DNA from: Gammaproteobacteria bacterium
GTDB taxonomy: Bacteria > Pseudomonadota > Gammaproteobacteria > SZUA-229
DNA length: 64,000 nt
Direction of reading: 5' to 3'
NCBI GenBank assembly: GCA_026195255.1
Contig: JAPHSS010000005.1
Span: forward strand, 32,008-96,007
Under the pieces are notes generated by a model. The model was not told the DNA's origin and searched no databases. It was given only the letters and a program-made list of their open reading frames with translations. Shown piece by piece: positions 63,501 through 64,000 of this stretch. The first letter of the stretch is position 1. Every line of letters begins with the position of its first letter. The translations under genes and the position numbers were made by a program.

Positions 63501-63850
63501 AACGCTACAAGTTATCTGGGCATTTAAATACAAACGAACAATGCGACGTTTGCCATACCACTAATGCCTGGGCACCGACCGACTTCACGCACAGCTCTCA
63601 AGGCAACTACCCGGGTGACCATAGAAGAGATCCGGGCTGTACAGGTTGTCACAAAGGCTCACTAAGCTCTGGCATTAACAGTGACAATTATCCTAATCAA
63701 TTAAGATACGCACCATTTTGTGCTGGCTGTCATGCAAATGATTTCGATTCAAAAGATGATCACATTGGTGGTAAAAACGGCACCATCGAACAGAATAAAG
63801 ATTGTGCGGGCAGTGGATGTCATCGTGTAAGAGACAGTGCCTTTGATTGA
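60506..63850 (+). CDS. Giant multiheme c-type cytochrome lipoprotein (PKD-like domain, 36 CxxCH plus 1 CX4CH)
   Basis: Lipobox VVG-C26, Ig/PKD-like segment (LDGSQS...LSYNW...TPSFTAD.AG.Y.VQL.VS) and heme motifs counted by hand from residue 160 to 1106. Confidence 0.95.
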   Translation: MDVKNRLKALTTYLLTCLITVIVVGCGSGSGDQPKDETISPSPFSSTYNELTAVPGPMSGIRVGGVATLDGSQSSTTSTEPLSYNWSFSNIPDGSKAVLQGATTATPSFTADVAGVYMVQLLVSAEGVTSPRAVAMVVVTNENESLIGPFPGHQGISSNCGSCHDGFTRNSKGDFLPQKVPDHPASSNMCQSCHTPQGYNIIPYVDHQEVFGSCSGCHDGVRAIGKSEFHSATNAECSDCHNTSHFLELGPDGSFDHSNITRSCSGCHNNIIAIGKTPGPSDTPPGSHPVTNSECGSCHTTSSFLSAYPDHTAPAVTDFTCDSCHIANGSGSARGQSTGHPISNADCNSCHNIQSFKMPGGIFNHALLDVTVQSCESCHNDNTSINAPAKSSATPAHPATDSDCGACHSTEQFSPVFAIDHTDPAVLAASCDSCHGVSASGKPASTAVYAHMPTTEDCKVCHTPGTFRTGTFSHSGPSYVGSCNSCHDNVIGVGKLPNHIPTSPDNQNCADCHVTTSFADVTFDHNSTDTSNCLACHDGNISQGQSPDHVNTAENCSSCHTTSTFTTFAGTFIHNPAIVSGDCASCHNTGIALPKKLNHIPAQAECSECHDDTTVTGGFAISTFFGNVHPGITNGCGGCHSGQFTSISTNLYGKPVNHLPTTQDCDVCHTSASFTAPTQFAHAGISGNCTSCHNGDFVTTGARAKSATHPVTTADCGACHSINNNFNDGTFDHTGIVSDCASCHGETTTTTPVGPKKNVGHLPTTQDCSSCHTVGTFNPAVFDHTGIIDNCVSCHGDSATTAVTKKNIGHVATSQDCSVCHNTSTFAGAAFDHTGITNNCASCHDGATARGKTPPPNHLPTTQDCYVCHQTTGFIPGTFDHTGILDNCRSCHDGAVAVGKTDTHVQTNQDCSVCHNTSTPLTFIGGVFDHTGIVNNCESCHDGGTAIGKDAKTNPAHIPTSLDCSSCHTTATFQGGTWVHDSTTANNCNSCHFDGSVAKRYKLSGHLNTNEQCDVCHTTNAWAPTDFTHSSQGNYPGDHRRDPGCTGCHKGSLSSGINSDNYPNQLRYAPFCAGCHANDFDSKDDHIGGKNGTIEQNKDCAGSGCHRVRDSAFD

Positions 63851-63906
63851 TTAAGCTAATATCAGCCCTCAATTAATTCGTTGCTTTGCGCCCTGCTCTT
63901 CATCAA

Positions 63907-63936
63907 CTCGTTCCCACGGAATTTCGTGGGAACGCA
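63907..63936. repeat. REP-like extragenic palindrome / terminator hairpin
   Basis: CTCGTTCCCACG-gaattt-CGTGGGAACGCA, 10-bp GC-rich stem. Confidence 0.55.
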
Positions 63937-64000
63937 TAAACAACTTCTCGTGGTGATTCCAGTTAATCAAGTTCAAAAGCAAAAGCACTTTCCGCTAATG

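Noticed and set aside
61292..63527. Several antisense and alternate-frame ORFs inside the giant cytochrome gene
   Set aside because: Shadow ORFs produced by the repetitive Cys/His/Thr codons (CAT/CAC read as ATG/GTG on the other strand); no independent protein signal.
1..64000. Prophage, IS, integron, CRISPR, tRNA/rRNA or anti-phage defence island
   Set aside because: No integrase, transposase, cas gene, repeat-spacer array or structural RNA recognised. The helicases and nucleases present are dispersed housekeeping types.

Overview
A 64-kb, mostly AT-rich chromosomal window that looks gammaproteobacterial (inferred from hrpB, rlmG, serB, ygiQ, selO, cspA and the gene style). I saw no rRNA, tRNA, CRISPR array, integrase or transposase. 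Housekeeping genes alternate with many signalling modules: three membrane histidine kinases, a TonB-receptor/YfiR/hybrid-kinase locus, an OmpR-RR/LysM-FecR/CHASE2-kinase locus, two PilZ proteins, and EAL, GGDEF, HDOD and FHA proteins. The most striking feature is at the right end. A 1114-aa lipoprotein carries 36 CxxCH motifs plus one CX4CH, built from about 17 tandem di-heme repeats. It lies divergent from a TlpA-like thiol reductase and a secreted 9-heme cytochrome with the same repeat, making this a candidate extracellular electron transfer ('heme wire') locus. Other leads are a stand-alone 79-aa protein with a Cle-type c-di-GMP-binding motif flanked by two identical 19-bp boxes, an FNR class II promoter with no annotated gene close by, a BacNav channel with an acidic TFEDWTD filter, a stand-alone DUF4157 protein, two loop-less perfect palindromes, an unlisted small lipoprotein and a REP-like hairpin. 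All family calls come from motif recognition by eye; no database searches were run.
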